From: Mobula hypostoma
Lineage: Eukaryota
DNA: 64,000 nt
Direction of reading: 5' to 3'
NCBI RefSeq assembly: GCF_963921235.1
Contig: NC_086118.1
Span: forward strand, 25,174,001 to 25,238,000
The stretch's first letter is position 1. Every line of letters starts with the position of its first letter. Below are positions 50,208-63,299 of this stretch, one piece after another. The notes under the pieces are model-generated. The model was given only the letters and a program-made list of their open reading frames with translations, had not been told where the DNA came from and searched no databases. Made by a program: the position numbers and the translations under genes.

Positions 50208-52524
50208 GCAACGCACATCAAAGTTGCTGGTGAACACAGCAGGCCAGGCAGCATCTCTAGGAAGAGGTACAGTTGACGTTTCGGGCAGAGACCCTTCGTC
50301 AGGACTAACTGAAGGAAGAGATAGTAAGAGATTTGAAAGTGGGAGGGGGAGGGGGAGATCCAAAATGATAGGAGAAGACAGGAGGGGGAGGGATGGAGCC
50401 AGGAGCTGGGCAGGTGATAGGCAAAAGGGATATGAGAGGATCATGGGGCAGGAGGCCCAGGGAGAAGGAAAAAGGGGAGGGGGGAAACCCAGAGGATGGG
50501 CAAGGGGTATAGTCAGAGGGACAGAGGGAGAAAAAGGAGAGAGAGAGAAAGAATGTGTGTATATAAATAAATAACGATGGGGTATGAGGGGGAGGTGGGG
50601 CATTAGCGGAAGTTAGAGAAGTCAATGTTCATGCCATCAGGTTGGAGGCTACCCAGATGGAATATAAGGTGTTGTTCCTCCAACCTGAGTGTGGCTTCAT
50701 CTTTACAGTAGAGGAGGCTGTGGATAAACATATCAGAATGGGAATGGGATGTGGAATTAAAATCTGTGGCCACTGGGAGATCCTGCTTTCTCTGGTGGAC
50801 AGAGCGTAGGTGTTCAGCAAAACGATCTCCCAGTCTGCATCAGGCCTCGCCAATATATAGAAGGCCACATCGGGAGCACCGGACGCAGTATATCACCCCA
50901 GCCGACTCACAGGTGAAGTGTTGCCTCACCTGGAAGGACTGTCTGGGGCCCTGAATGGTGGTAAGGGAGGAAGTGTAAGGGCATGTGTAGCACTTGTTCC
51001 ACTTACAACGATAAGTGCCAGGAGGGAGATCAGTGGGGAGGGATGGGGGGACGAATGGACAAGGGAGTCAGTGGGGAGGGAGGGGAAAGCAGGGGGGAGG
51101 GAGGGAAAGATGTGCTTATTGGTGGGATCCCATTGGAGGAGGCGAAAGTTACGGAGAATAATATGTTGGACCCGAAGGGTGGTGGGGTGGTAGGTGAGGA
51201 GCAGGGGAACCCTATTCCTAGTGTGGTGATGGGAGGATGGAGTGAGAGCAGATATGCGGGAAATGGGGGAGATGCGTTTGAGAGCAGAGTTGATGGTGGA
51301 GGAAGGGAATCCCCTTTCTTTAAAAAAGGAGGACATCTCCCTCGTCCTGGAATGAAAAGCCTCACCCTGAGAGCAGATGCAGCGGAGATGGAGGAATTGC
51401 GAGAAGGGGATGGCATTTTTGCAAGAGACAGGGTGAGAAGAGGAATAGTCCAGATAGCTGAGAGAGTCAGTAGGAATAGGGTTCCCCTGGTCCTCACCTA
51501 CCACTCCACCAGCCTCCGGGTCCAACATATTATTCTCTGTAACTTCCGCCACCTCCAATGGGATCCCACCACTAAGCACATCTCTCCCTCCCCCCATCTC
51601 TCTGCTTTCCGCAGGGATCGCTCCCTACGCGACTCCCTTGTCTATTCGTCCCCCCAATCCCTCCCCACCGATCTCCCTCCTGGCACTTACCCTTGTAAGC
51701 GGAACAAGTGCTACACATGCCCTTACACTTCCTCCCTTACCACCATTCAGGGCCCCAAACAGTCCTTCCAGGTGAGGCGACACTTCACCTGTGAGTCGGC
51801 TGGGGTGATATACTGCATTCGGTACTCCCGATGTGGCCTTCTATATATTGGCGAGACCCGACGCAGACTGGGAGATCGTTTTGCTGAGCACCTATGCTCT
51901 GTCCGTCAGAGAAAGCAGGATCTCCCAGTGGCCACACATTTTAATTCCACATCCCATTCCCATTCTGACATGTCTATCCACGGCCTCCTCTACTGTAAAG
52001 ATGAAGCCACACTCAGGTTGGAGGAACAACACCTTATATTCCGTCTGGGTAGCCTCCAACCTGATGGCATGAACATCGACTTCTCAAACTTACGCTAATG
52101 CCCCACCTCCCCCTCGTACCGCATCCGTTATTTATTTATATACACACATTCGTTCTCTCTCTCTCCTTTTTCTCCCTCTGTCCCTCTCACTATACCCCTT
52201 GCCCATCCTCTGGGTTTCCCCCCGGCTCCCCCTTTTCCTTCTCCCTGGGCCTCCTGTCCCATGATCCTCTCATATCCCTTTTGCCAATCACCTGTCCAGC
52301 TCTTGGCTCCGTCCCTCCCCCTCCTGTCTTCTCCTATCATTTTGGATCTCCCCCTCCCCCTCTCAAATCTCTTACTAGCTCTTCCTTCAGTTAGTCCTGA
52401 CAAAGGGTCTCGGCCCAAAACGTCAACTGTACCTCTTCCTAGAGATGTTGCCTGGCCTGCTGCGTTCACCAGCAACTTTGATGTGTGTTGCTTGAATTTC
52501 CAGCATCTGCAGAATTCCTCGTGT
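50208..52524. mobile_element. Penelope-like element, inverted two-arm structure (minus arm 50208-51474, plus arm 51471-52524) with 15-bp TSD
   Basis: The arms are reverse-complementary over about 1 kb. TSD taagaattaactgca (50196-50210) / taagaaataactgca (52526-52540). Hammerhead motifs lie near both outer ends. Confidence 0.92.
51471..52098 (+). pseudogene. 5'-truncated Penelope ORF C-terminus: linker plus GIY-YIG endonuclease, open frame
   Basis: CKRNKCYTC...FTCES.GVIYCI...LYIGETRRRLGDRFAEHL...HF...E...IFRLGSLQPDGMN. Confidence 0.9.
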
Positions 52525-53007
52525 CTAAGAAATAACTGCATTTGTCCTTTCAAATCAAACTTAACCAACAGATGGCAGTGCTACCTGCTCACCCATTCTG
52601 AAGAGGCTGTTCAAAATTCTGTTTACAGCAGTGACAATCATTGCAATAATCTGCCTATCTTCGAATATGGACATTTAGTTTGAGTGGCAGACATGAGTAA
52701 ATCTACGGAAGGGTTACATTTAATTATTCCTGTAAACAGCTGCAATACGCAAAGAGCTTTTACTGTTTATTGGTGCACAGAAGTAACATCATTGAGCGAT
52801 GTCAGTAATGGAACCATTGCTTCTGACTCAGATGGCAGTGAGTGCCAGACTCATTAGAGAAACTAAATCTTCTGACCTTTCTTTGCAGAATGTGCAAATG
52901 CTGGACTAATGAAGATGACCCCTTTCAAATCTATTGTTAATAATTGCAGATAAATGCAACAGCCAGGCAGAGTCAGTGTAACTGGGTAATTTCCTCTGTC
53001 CATTAGA

Positions 53008-54350
53008 CTAAAAGACCGTAAGACACAGGAGCAGAATTAGATCATTGGTACCATCGGATCTCTTCCACCATTCAGTCATGGCTGATTCATTATTCCCTCT
53101 CAAACCCATTCACTTGCCATCTCCATCTAAAATTCGACACACTTCCTAATCAAGAACATTTCAACTTCCTCTTTGAAAATAGCCAGAGATTTGGTCTCCA
53201 TAAGCCACCTGTGACAATGAATTCCACAGACTCACCACCCACTGGCTAAAGAAATAAGAAATTCTCCCTTATCTCTGTTCTAAAGAGGCAGTACCCTCTG
53301 CTTCTCCTACTAATGAAAACATCCTCTCCATGTTCACTCTATCCATCCCTTTCAATATTTGGTAAATTTCAATATAATCCCATTCTCATCTTTCTAAACT
53401 CCAGTGACCACAGACCAAGAGTAATCAAATACTTCCTATACAGTATGTTAACTCCTTATTTCCTGGGATCATTCTTTTAAGCCTTCTCTGGACCTTCTCC
53501 AATGCCAGCACGGCCTTCTTTAGATCTGGAGCCCAAACCTGCTCACAATACTCCAAATGTGTTCTAACCAATGCCTTATAAAGCCTCAGCATTATGTCCT
53601 GACTTTATATTCTAGCCCCATTGAAATGAATGCTAACATTGCATTCGCCTTCCTTACTACCAAACAACCTGCAAGTTAACCTTAGGAGAAACCTACACTA
53701 GGACTCCCAAGTTCCCCTGCACCTCTGATTTCTGAATTCTCTCCCTGTTTAGAAAATAGTCTTTATTTCTTCTACCAATATGAATGACCTCACACTTCCC
53801 TACACCGTATTCCATTTTCCACTCCTTTGCCCGTTCTCCCAACCTATCCAAGTCTTACTGCAGACTCACCACTTCCTCAACACTATCTACCCCTTCAGTT
53901 ATCTTTGTATCTTCCACAAACTTCAAAGGCACAATTTAAAGTTTCAAAGGTACAATTTAATGTCAGCGAAATGTATACAATATACATCCTGAAATGCTTT
54001 TTCTCCGCAAACTTAGCTACAAGGCCATCAATTCCATCATCCATTTTGTTAACATACAACGTGAAAAACTATGAATCCAAAGGAATCACTGAGAACACCA
54101 CTGGTCAACAACAGCTAATCTGAAAAGACCCCCTTTATTGCCACTCTTTGCCTTTTGCCAGACAACCAATCTTCTATCCATGTTACTACATTAACTGTAA
54201 TGCCAAGGATTCCTATTTTTATTTTGTTTACCAGTCTCATGTGTTGCACCTTGTCATCATCCTTCTAAATATCCAAGTAAACAACACTGATCTGACTCTC
54301 CTTTGTCTATCCTATTTGTTAATTCCTCAGAGTTCAGACAAATTTGTCAG
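53008..54350 (-). mobile_element. Decayed CR1 LINE, with a short insert at about 53920-54010
   Basis: Reverse complement of the CR1 family seen at 35600-36600. Confidence 0.85.
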
Positions 54351-55654
54351 TCAAGCATAGTGGCCTCACTATTTAAGAGACTACTTTATGCACACAGTTT
54401 ACGTGCCATTATCTTCTGCCTACTACATTTCCACAACAAATAAATCTGCTTTTATTAGAATAATTTGATGTAGTTTGCTGAATCGGTTTTCTCCATTTTT
54501 TAAATGAGTAAATTTTCAGAGCTGGGAGCGTTTCTTTCTGTGTGATAAACTGGTTGATATTATGTGGTAGCTATGGTCACCACTTCCACCTCATTTGGAG
54601 GTTGTCTCTAAAAATCTGTTTTTCTTAGGAGGCAGTGATCTCACAGATCTCTCAAAGTTTCCAGCTGCAAAGTTGAAAAATAACATGCAGTTTCACCTGT
54701 CATTATATTCTGGTAAGATGGTGAAGGGCTTGGACACAGCGGACTCAACAGGGACACCCAAAGGCATTAGTGTCTTTTCTTAACATCATACATACGATTG
54801 CAAACTGCTGGATATTAAGAACTTCAAGTTCCGTAGGTCTACCCTATCAGTGAGTTTCTCATGGGCAGAGGAGTTAGACTTAGTGCATACCTTGTAGAGA
54901 GACGTCGGAGTCGGTGTGCAAGAGCAGAATGCAATCTAAGAGTGAAATACAATCTAAGGGCGAGCGATTGTCTTAGTCGCTTTTCTTGTGACGCAAGACC
55001 CTGTTGAACATTGGTAATCTGGAATGCCGCAAGTCTGGTTTATTGGCAGGACTGATGGTGGGGGAGCTGCATGGCCTTGGTTGTAGAGGAGAGTAGGCCT
55101 CATGCCGTGGTGTTGCCTGGTGCAGCAACACAGGAGAGAGGACGCTGGAGGCTGTGTGGTGCTGCCTTCCATTGTTCGCTGGGCGGAAGACAAGCTGGAT
55201 TGTGTTTGTCTGCAGATGGCTGGGTGCTTGCTCTTGCCAACAACATCCACGGACTCAGGGACTTGGGCTATACTAAATATTTTTTGTATAACTGTACGTT
55301 TACTGCTTCCTTATATCTGCTATATGTGCCCTGTACTATGTAGGACTGTTGGTACTCTGTTTGCACCTTGGCTGTTTCATTTGCCTGTCTTCACGGGTGT
55401 TCGTGTAGAGCTGAATAACATTAAAGTTGAACATGATGTTCCCTAACCAATGTTATTTCCACTTATTAGCCAATCACTTATTATAGTGAAATCGTGTTGT
55501 ATGCAAAATGGCATCAAGCAATGCGGTAACTGGTTTCCCTCAGGTTGTGAAACGTAGATTATGAGTGCAAACTCTTTGTACTAAAAGAAATAGACACGCT
55601 GGTTTCACATCTTAATGCAGGTTTAGCCTAAATACATTTTCAAAGTCTAAATTC

Positions 55655-55935
55655 CTGACTAAACTCCACCACGGACAGTTCCAAGCCCGGCTGCGAAAGA
55701 TGGAGGGCTAGGCATGGGGCTGCAACCCCATCTTTTTAAAGATGCAAACAGAAGCTCTGAAGGTCTCTTTCCTAACAGAGGAAAGATCTTCGCCAGGAAG
55801 ACATATGAAGTTACGTGGTGAAAGCTGAAGCCACAGGGCCGACCGACCTTCTATTGGCCCAGGACTGAGGACACTGCTGAGCTGCTGTCAGGGGCCTATG
55901 GCTCAGTAGGGGTGATGACCTTAATAAGAGGAAGA
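55655..55935 (+). mobile_element. Possible short RTE-derived element (5' and 3' ends joined)
   Basis: ccaagcccgg...ggagggctaggcatggggctgcaaccccatc resembles RTE 5' regions as I recall them, and ggcctatggctcagtagggg resembles an RTE 3' end. Confidence 0.35.
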
Positions 55936-56347
55936 AATCAATAACTATGTGGCTTCATGCCTTATTTGACCCCAACATTACTTTTTTAAAATTTGTATGC
56001 CCAAATGCCTTCATTGCCTCGCTCCTCTTTCAATGCAAATCAAATACCATTCAATTGGAATGTCTTCCTAATCCATCTATCCAGAAAAATCATACAATTC
56101 CCCCTATTTTTAGCAGAGTGGTTTAGATAAAGTAACTAATAATGTGAGAAAAAAAAACACAAGCGGACAATTCCATGTGAATAGTGTAAGCGTTCAACTA
56201 TTTCAGTCGTGCTGTATAATCTCACCTTGGTGTGCCGATGGTCCACGGATGAATGCATACATGCAGAGTATAGGAGATGGCTAGCAGCTTACAGTGTTGT
56301 TGACAATGATAACTTATAAATTATCTATAAGTTATATAAGTTTAGTG

Positions 56348-56655
56348 TGAGCACGTGGCCAAGTGGTTAAGGCATTGGACTAGCTACCTGAAGGTCGTGA
56401 GTTCGAGCCCCAGCCGTGGGAACGTGTTGTGTCCTTGAGCAAGGCACTTAATCACACATTGCTCTGCGACGACACTGGTGCCAAGCTGTATGGGTCCTAA
56501 TGCCCTTCCCTTGGACAACATTGGTGTCGTGGAGAGGGGAGACTTGCAGCATGGGCAACTGCTGGTCTTCCATGCAACCTTGCCCAGGCCTGCGCCCTGG
56601 AGAGTGAAGACTTTCCAAGCGCAGATCCATGGTCTCGCAAGGCTAACGGATGCCG
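56348..56655 (+). mobile_element. tRNA-derived SINE, same family as 7655
   Basis: A box tggccaagtggttaagg, B box gagttcgagccc, body shared with 7655. Flanking ttatctataag repeat at 56321 and 56656. Confidence 0.85.
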
Positions 56656-57172
56656 TTATCTATAAGATGACCTTCCAATATACGGCAAGGTGCCATGAAG
56701 GAATTACAATTTAATTGTACAAAAATTGGTTTTCCTGCAGAATGGAAGACATGCACAAAAGTGACTGGAGGTCAATCAATAGCTTTAGCTCATGCTGTGC
56801 AGTTGCAAAAACAGGATCTTTGGGAGGCAACAAACTTTAAATATGAAAACCACCAAAATGTCCTCAATGAACCAAGTGCTAGATGCTGGCCTGGGAGATT
56901 TGTACTTCCACTTCAAGTCTGCTTCAGGCCATATCTCTCACTCCACTCAGTTGCATGCCTGTATACGGTGCCCAACAGAGTAGCATAGCCTTGAAGAGAA
57001 TCCAGAGCAATACACAGGTCAATGAGTCTCTTTGAACTTGTGTCTGGTTTGACCTAGTGTGGGATTGCCAAAGCCATTCATTTGAATGTGGTTCTCTACT
57101 GCCGAATAGGAAGATAAGTAATTTTTTTTGTTCTTAATTTAATATCTTTAATGATTTATATATGATTTCATG

Positions 57173-58085
57173 TTCAAAGGTTCATTTATTATCAAAGGGT
57201 ACAACTCTGAAATTCTTCTACTCCGGATAGTCATGAAACCAGGAAAGAAATAAAATGGCAGCAGAATCATTACCCCCCAAATCCCGCCCACCTTGCACCA
57301 AAAAAAAGCCAAACAAAAATGGAACAGGCACATCAGCCCCCAAATCCCCACCTCCACACACAAAAAAATGAGAAAGATCAGGTGAAAAAGCAGAGAATAC
57401 AAAATCTATAACACTGAAAAATGTCTACAGTCCAAGTCCACATCCAAAATGCAGAAAACCTGGGGAACATTCTCTGAGCACAGTGGCAGGCTCTCAAGGT
57501 GCAGAGCGAATTCCAGCAATCAAAAGGCAAGCAGCCAGCACTGACCCTCCACATTCGCCTCGATGTGTCAAACTCCATCGTTGCTTTGATCGGGCAACAA
57601 TGGAAGCTATAATCGGTGAAATGGAGAGGAACAATGGCTTGCACCCTTTCCCGCAGCCTTCTTGCCATGAAGTTCGCGCATGCTGCCTCTGTCTCCTGGA
57701 AACCTCTCAGAGACTGCAGAGTGTTGAAACACCTAAACGATCTCCAAAAAGTCTGCATACGCCTCATTGCTTCAATCTCCCTTATTGCTTTAAAAGGCGA
57801 ACAATGGAAGTTTTATTTGGCAAAATGGAGTCAAACATCAGACCGTGCCACGTCCTGCAGCCTGCCCCCGCACGCCACCTCTGCCTCATGGAATCCTCTC
57901 CGAAATTGCAGAGCGCTGCAACACTCAAACAATCCCCAAACTGCAAATTACAGGCTCCAACAGTTCCAGAATTACACTCAAGAGGAAAAGCAAATGTAGA
58001 AGACACTAAAGAAGTGAACTACATGGCTTCATGATCTATCAGGATGTCGACCGAAGGAGTATTGTACGCAGGCAACATCTTGACC
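57173..58085 (-). mobile_element. Non-coding interspersed element related in architecture to 24003 and 1027
   Basis: The minus strand starts caagatgttgcctgcgtac..actcc and shares its 3' end with 1027. It has an internal imperfect duplication. Confidence 0.5.
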
Positions 58086-59994
58086 AGAAATCTTGATTCT
58101 TGATGTTCCTCATTAATTTTACTCTTATTAACTTTTAAAATATTTTTCTCTAACTTACTGATATCAAATTTAATAGTTCTTAAACACCTCTGAATGTTAG
58201 CAATCATAGAATCTCTACAAATATGTTTACACCCAATATTATCTTAATTTTTTTTCATAACAATTCTTGGAATGCATTGCATTTCTTGAGAGCACTACCA
58301 TAAAACAAAAATTAAATATCACTCTTTCTCTGAAGGAGGAAATTGCCCATATCTTCACAAGCTCCATTACTTTCTTTTGGCAGGCAGTAAATGTTCTGGT
58401 GTTGGCCATACAAGTTCTGGAAAAGAAGCATATCTACATTAGAAAGCAATGCTTTATTATATCATATGTTATTAAGCTAATGTTGTTTAGTCTTTTACCT
58501 TCTCTCTTGCAACTGGATGAAAGTAAAAGTAAGTGATCCAGTTGCACAAAGTTTAACATAAAATAAGATTACAATCAGGTTAAAAGATACCTGTCAACAG
58601 AGAAATCTGATAATAGGAATGCAGTTTTAGTTGGTATGGGCCTGTTCTTTTTTCTTAGAAAATGTTCCCATTGGAAATCTACCCATGTTGTTAACAGGCT
58701 GTCCGAAAGCAAACGGTCATCATTTTAAAGCTATGTCAAATGCCCAATCCGTCAGCATGTCTAAATGTGATTCTTGCGTTCTACTGATGGTGCTTCAATG
58801 AATGGTAGGAGACGGGGAGAAGCAAGCCAGTGCCATGTGGCTGCATGCCACATCCTGGCAGGGAAGAAACATCTGAAAGCAAATCATCCCTAACATGACT
58901 GCATTGAAAGAAGATTGGGAGCAGATGATGTGCTTGCCTGGTCAGCAGAGGAAATGACTTTAAAATAACAAACAGTTTATTTATTGCATTGTAAATCAAT
59001 GCAAGACTCACTTCACTGGAGCTCTGTTATAGAACATCTAATATTTAGTAGTGAGGATCTAAAGATGACATATTCTGAGATAATTTGAATTGATCACAAT
59101 TAACTCTAATGATATGAACAATGAAAACAGGGAGTAATGTGTATTTTGGTAGGCTCACAGTAGTTTCCATCTGTTTAAGCATCGATTTTAAAACATTTTT
59201 ACATAATTCTCTGAGTTTGGAAACCAGCTCTAAAATGTAAAGCTACCAACTTTCGTATTTTTAAATGCATCAATATTAATTTTCAGTAAAAGTGGAGGAG
59301 TTTTGATTAGTTGGCACTGAAAATTGTCTCAAAAATTAAACTTTGGATATTCAGGGAAATATAGTGCAGCTGAACTGAATGCAATGAGTAATTACAGTCA
59401 GTCCGTGCTGTCAGCTGTGTCAAACAATAAGGTCTCTGCTCTGCAAGAGGGAAAACCATTTGAAAAGCTAATTCTGAAAGGACATCCGTAGTTTCTGAAT
59501 ATAAAGATACTCCCTTTTTGTCTGTAATCACCACCATTCATTGAGCCCTTGCATCATTATAGCCAAACATCAGTGTCCTTGTTGTGAAATGCTCTAAGTG
59601 AGGGTTTCTGGTTTGTGGCAGCTGCCTGGTAAGCAAACAATTGTGAAGCTTCTATTAAATCTTTAAAGCAAATCACTATTATCCCTGTTTTGTTGCTGCC
59701 TCCCACTTGCGCCGTCCGCTTCCTGCCGGGACAGTCTGGGCTCGTGATTATACCCTCACTGTCATCAATACCGTTGTTTCTCTGCTGACGGAAGCACACC
59801 AGCTGCAATAGTTGGAGCTTCTGGCCCAGTTTTGCTTTCCAAAATGAGTTTTTTTGTAAAAGAGCCAATGAAACATCAAGCACAGGCTTTAAGCTCTGCG
59901 GGCTTCCCTGGTTGCAGCCTGAACTGGGTGCACAGTGAAAGAAACCTACTACAATAACAGTATTGAGAATGGGCTCGGCATAATCCTCTAGGTA

Positions 59995-60506
59995 CACTCA
60001 GAGGCCACTGTATCCGGCACAGAGGGTATGTTCATTAACTACTGCTGCTGTAGCCCATCCACTTCAAGGTTTGACATGTCGTGCATTCAGAGATGCTCTT
60101 CGGCACACCACTGTTATTACGTGTGTGTTCTTTGAATGAATGTCTGGCCATTCTCCTCTGACCTCTCTCGTTAACAAGGTGTTTTTACCCACAGACCGGC
60201 CATCCACTGGATGTTTTACTTTCGCACCATTCTCTATAAATTCTAGGGACTGCTGTACACGAAAATCCCAGAAAATCAACAGTTTCTGAAATACTCCAAC
60301 CACCCCTGTCTGGCACCAGCAATCACTCCACAGTCAAAGTCACTTAGATCACATTTCTTCCCCATTCTGATGATCAGTCTGAACAACAACTGAACCTCTT
60401 GTTCATGTCTGCATGCTTTTATGCACTGAGTTGATGCTGCCCGATTGATTGATCATATATTAATGAACAGGTGCACAGTTGTACACAATAAAGTGGCCAA
60501 TGAGTG
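59995..60506 (-). mobile_element. Tc1-family non-autonomous DNA transposon
   Basis: TA TSD and TIRs cactcagaggccactgtat / ataaagtggccaatgagtg. The minus strand retains an HTH remnant DLSDFDCGVIAGAR..ISETVDFLGFS..RIYREW. Confidence 0.85.
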
Positions 60507-60604
60507 TATGTTACATATGCTTAATATTTTATGTTAAACCTCATTACTGTCATTAATACACTGTTACTTCAACATGCAAAATTAAGATCTTCAAAAACTG
60601 AATT

Positions 60605-61970
60605 AAAAGGTGGGGAGAGGGAAAGGGGGCTAGCTGGAAGGTAATAGGGGAAGCCAGCTGGGTGGGAAAGGCCAAGGGCTGGAGAAGACGGAATCTGATG
60701 GGAGAGGAGAGTGGACCATATGAGAAAGGGAAGGAGGAGGTGACCCAGGGGAAGTAGTAGGCAGGTGAGAAGAGGTAAAAGGTCAGAGTGGGGAATAGAG
60801 GAAGAGGGGTGGGGAAAAATTTGTTTGCCGGATGGAGAAAGCTATATTCATGCCATCAGGTTGGAGGCTACCCAGAAAGAATATAAGGTGTTGCTCCTCC
60901 ACCCTGGGGGTGGCCTCATCTTGACACGAGAAGGAGCCATGGACTGACACATCAGAACAGAAATGGGAATTAAAACATTTGGTCAACAGGAAGTCCCACT
61001 TGTGCTGGATAATGTGGACGCAGACGACAAAACGGTCTCCCAATTTACGCCCATTCCAGGTCCTCCTTCTTTAAACGACAGGGTTTCTCTTCCTCCACCA
61101 TTGACACTAGCCTCACCCACATCTCCTCTATTTCCCAAACATCTGCACTCACACCATCTTCCCACCACCTTAACAGTGACAGAGTTCCTCTTGTCCTTAC
61201 CTAGCAAACCATCAACCTCCGTATCCAGCACATTACCTTCCGCAACTTCCGCCATCTCCAAAGGGATCCTGCCACGAAATATATCTTTACCTATCCCCCT
61301 CCCCCAACTCCACTTACCACAGGGATCGCTCCCTCTGCGATTCCCTTGCCCATTCGTCCCTCTCCACTAACCTTCCTCCCTGCACTTATCCCTGTAGGCA
61401 GCCTAAGTGCTACATCTGTCCATACACCTCCTCCCTCACCTCCATTCAGGACCCAAGGCAGTCCTTTTAGGTGAGGCAATACTTCACCAGCAAATCGGCT
61501 GGGGTCATCTATTGATTCAGGTGCTCTCAATGTGGCCTCCTCGACACTGGTGAAACCGGTCATAAATTGGGAGATCACTTCGTTGAGCACCTCTGCACCA
61601 TCTGCCACAAGCGAGACTTCCCAGTGACCAAACATTTTAACTCTAATTCTCATTCCCCTCCGTTTATCCCCCACTCTGACCTCTTATCTCTTTTCACCTG
61701 GCTATTACTTTCCCCGGGTCCCCTTCTTCCCTTTCTCTGCTCCTATCAGATTCCTCCTTCTCCAGCCCTTGATCTTTCCCACCCACCTGTCTTCACCTAT
61801 CACCTTCCAGCTAGCCTCGTTCCCCTCCCCACCACCATTTTATATTGGCATCTTCCTCCTTCCTTCTCAGTCCTGAAGAAGGACCTCAGCCCAAGACGTC
61901 GACTATCTGTTCATTTCCATAAAAGCTGCCTAACCTGCTGAGTTCCTCCAGCATTTTATGTGTATTGCTC
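60605..61970. mobile_element. Third inverted two-arm Penelope-like insertion, decayed
   Basis: The minus arm (to about 61045) reads EATPRVEEQHLIFFLGSLQPDGMN. The plus arm has GVIY..GET..LGDHFVEHL and the terminal repeat. Confidence 0.8.
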
Positions 61971-63299
61971 AGATAGATGGGATTTGGCAGATGATCAGGT
62001 CCGCATAGACTAGATGGGCCAAATGGCCTGTTTCTGCACTGTTGTACTCTATGACTTTATAAACCACTCACTGAAGTATTCATGCATTATGGATTTGTAA
62101 CTGATACTTGTAAAATAATTAAGTTTTTTAAAGCTAAATCTGAAGCAAATTTTGTACAAGAGAAACCTTTCCTATATTTGTTTTATATTAATGATTATTC
62201 TCCCTAGTGGTATAAAAAGTGTCAAATGTACTGTGATAAGAATGGTCAAGTCACTTGACTTCCGGAAATCTTATTACCTACCCGAGTCCGTTGTTCTCTT
62301 TAATGGAGCACTGTAATTGTGCAGAAATTGGGCAGATGTTAAAAGTTGCCTAGATTCCACAAGACGAGCAATCAGATTCTGAGGAATAATCAGCTCTGGG
62401 GCATCATCCAGCACAGAATCGTTTGGCTTGTTGGGGGATTCCTGCACAGAGGAATAAAAGAATGTAAATGAGAGGCAAAATGGTAAAAGATAGGCAGTGC
62501 ATCGAAAGTGCTCCCTCCAGATATCGAGTGAGTGATAAAGGCAGCTTTTAAGGTTACCTTCAGAAACCTCAATCTCCAAATTATTTGCCAGCATTATAAT
62601 TCCAAATCAAAATAGCAAGAAATCTCAGATTTGAGCTGATCTAAGGAGGCAACATACAACAGTAACTTTGTACAGCATTTTTCACTTAGAATAACTAGTT
62701 GCTTTACAAAAATTACAATCAAAATGTCTGGAGTTTATGTATACTACTTTGTTCAAAACATGTTAATGTCTCTACTAAATGGATAAATGGAGTAACTTTA
62801 GACAAAACCTGTGGCTAATTTTCTGTGTCGGGGAAACTCATTAACCCAATACAGTCCTTCACCAACAAATATAGCCAGAAGTGCTGCCTGTGACCCACCC
62901 ATTTCTGTATATACCTGGTCCAGATACTAGTGCATTGGGCCTGGACATCCATGACTCCAAGGGCACTGACTCAGCAAGGGCAGGACTTCTGTCAATGCAG
63001 TGTAGAGGACAAGCCCATGAAATTATTGATAGCTGGCTAAAGACCGTTCCCAACACTTCATGCCTGTAAAGGCTGTGAGAAATTTTTAAATAGCATTTAA
63101 ATGCCCTTGACATTTAGAGCTATGAACAAATTAATGACATTTACGTAAATAATTAAATGTTTAAAACTATGGATTACTTGTGGAATAAGTAAAATTAACT
63201 AAAATCATCCAAAACATATTAATAATTGAACATATTATGAAGAGAAGTCATGCTTTGTAGTGTTTTACATTCCTCTTTGTTTCTTTTATCTTTGGCTTG

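Noticed and set aside
50983..52098. 371-aa ORF as a novel GIY-YIG gene
   Set aside because: Chimeric. The N-terminal part is antisense read-through of the inverted left arm; only 51471-52098 is Penelope coding sequence.
52392..52429. Active hammerhead in the right Penelope arm
   Set aside because: Core G8 and G12 are both changed to A (CTGACAA, CAAAA), so it is predicted inactive.
57378..58034. Overlapping 127-183 aa ORFs
   Set aside because: They lie inside an interspersed repeat, have no recognisable motifs and are open on both strands.
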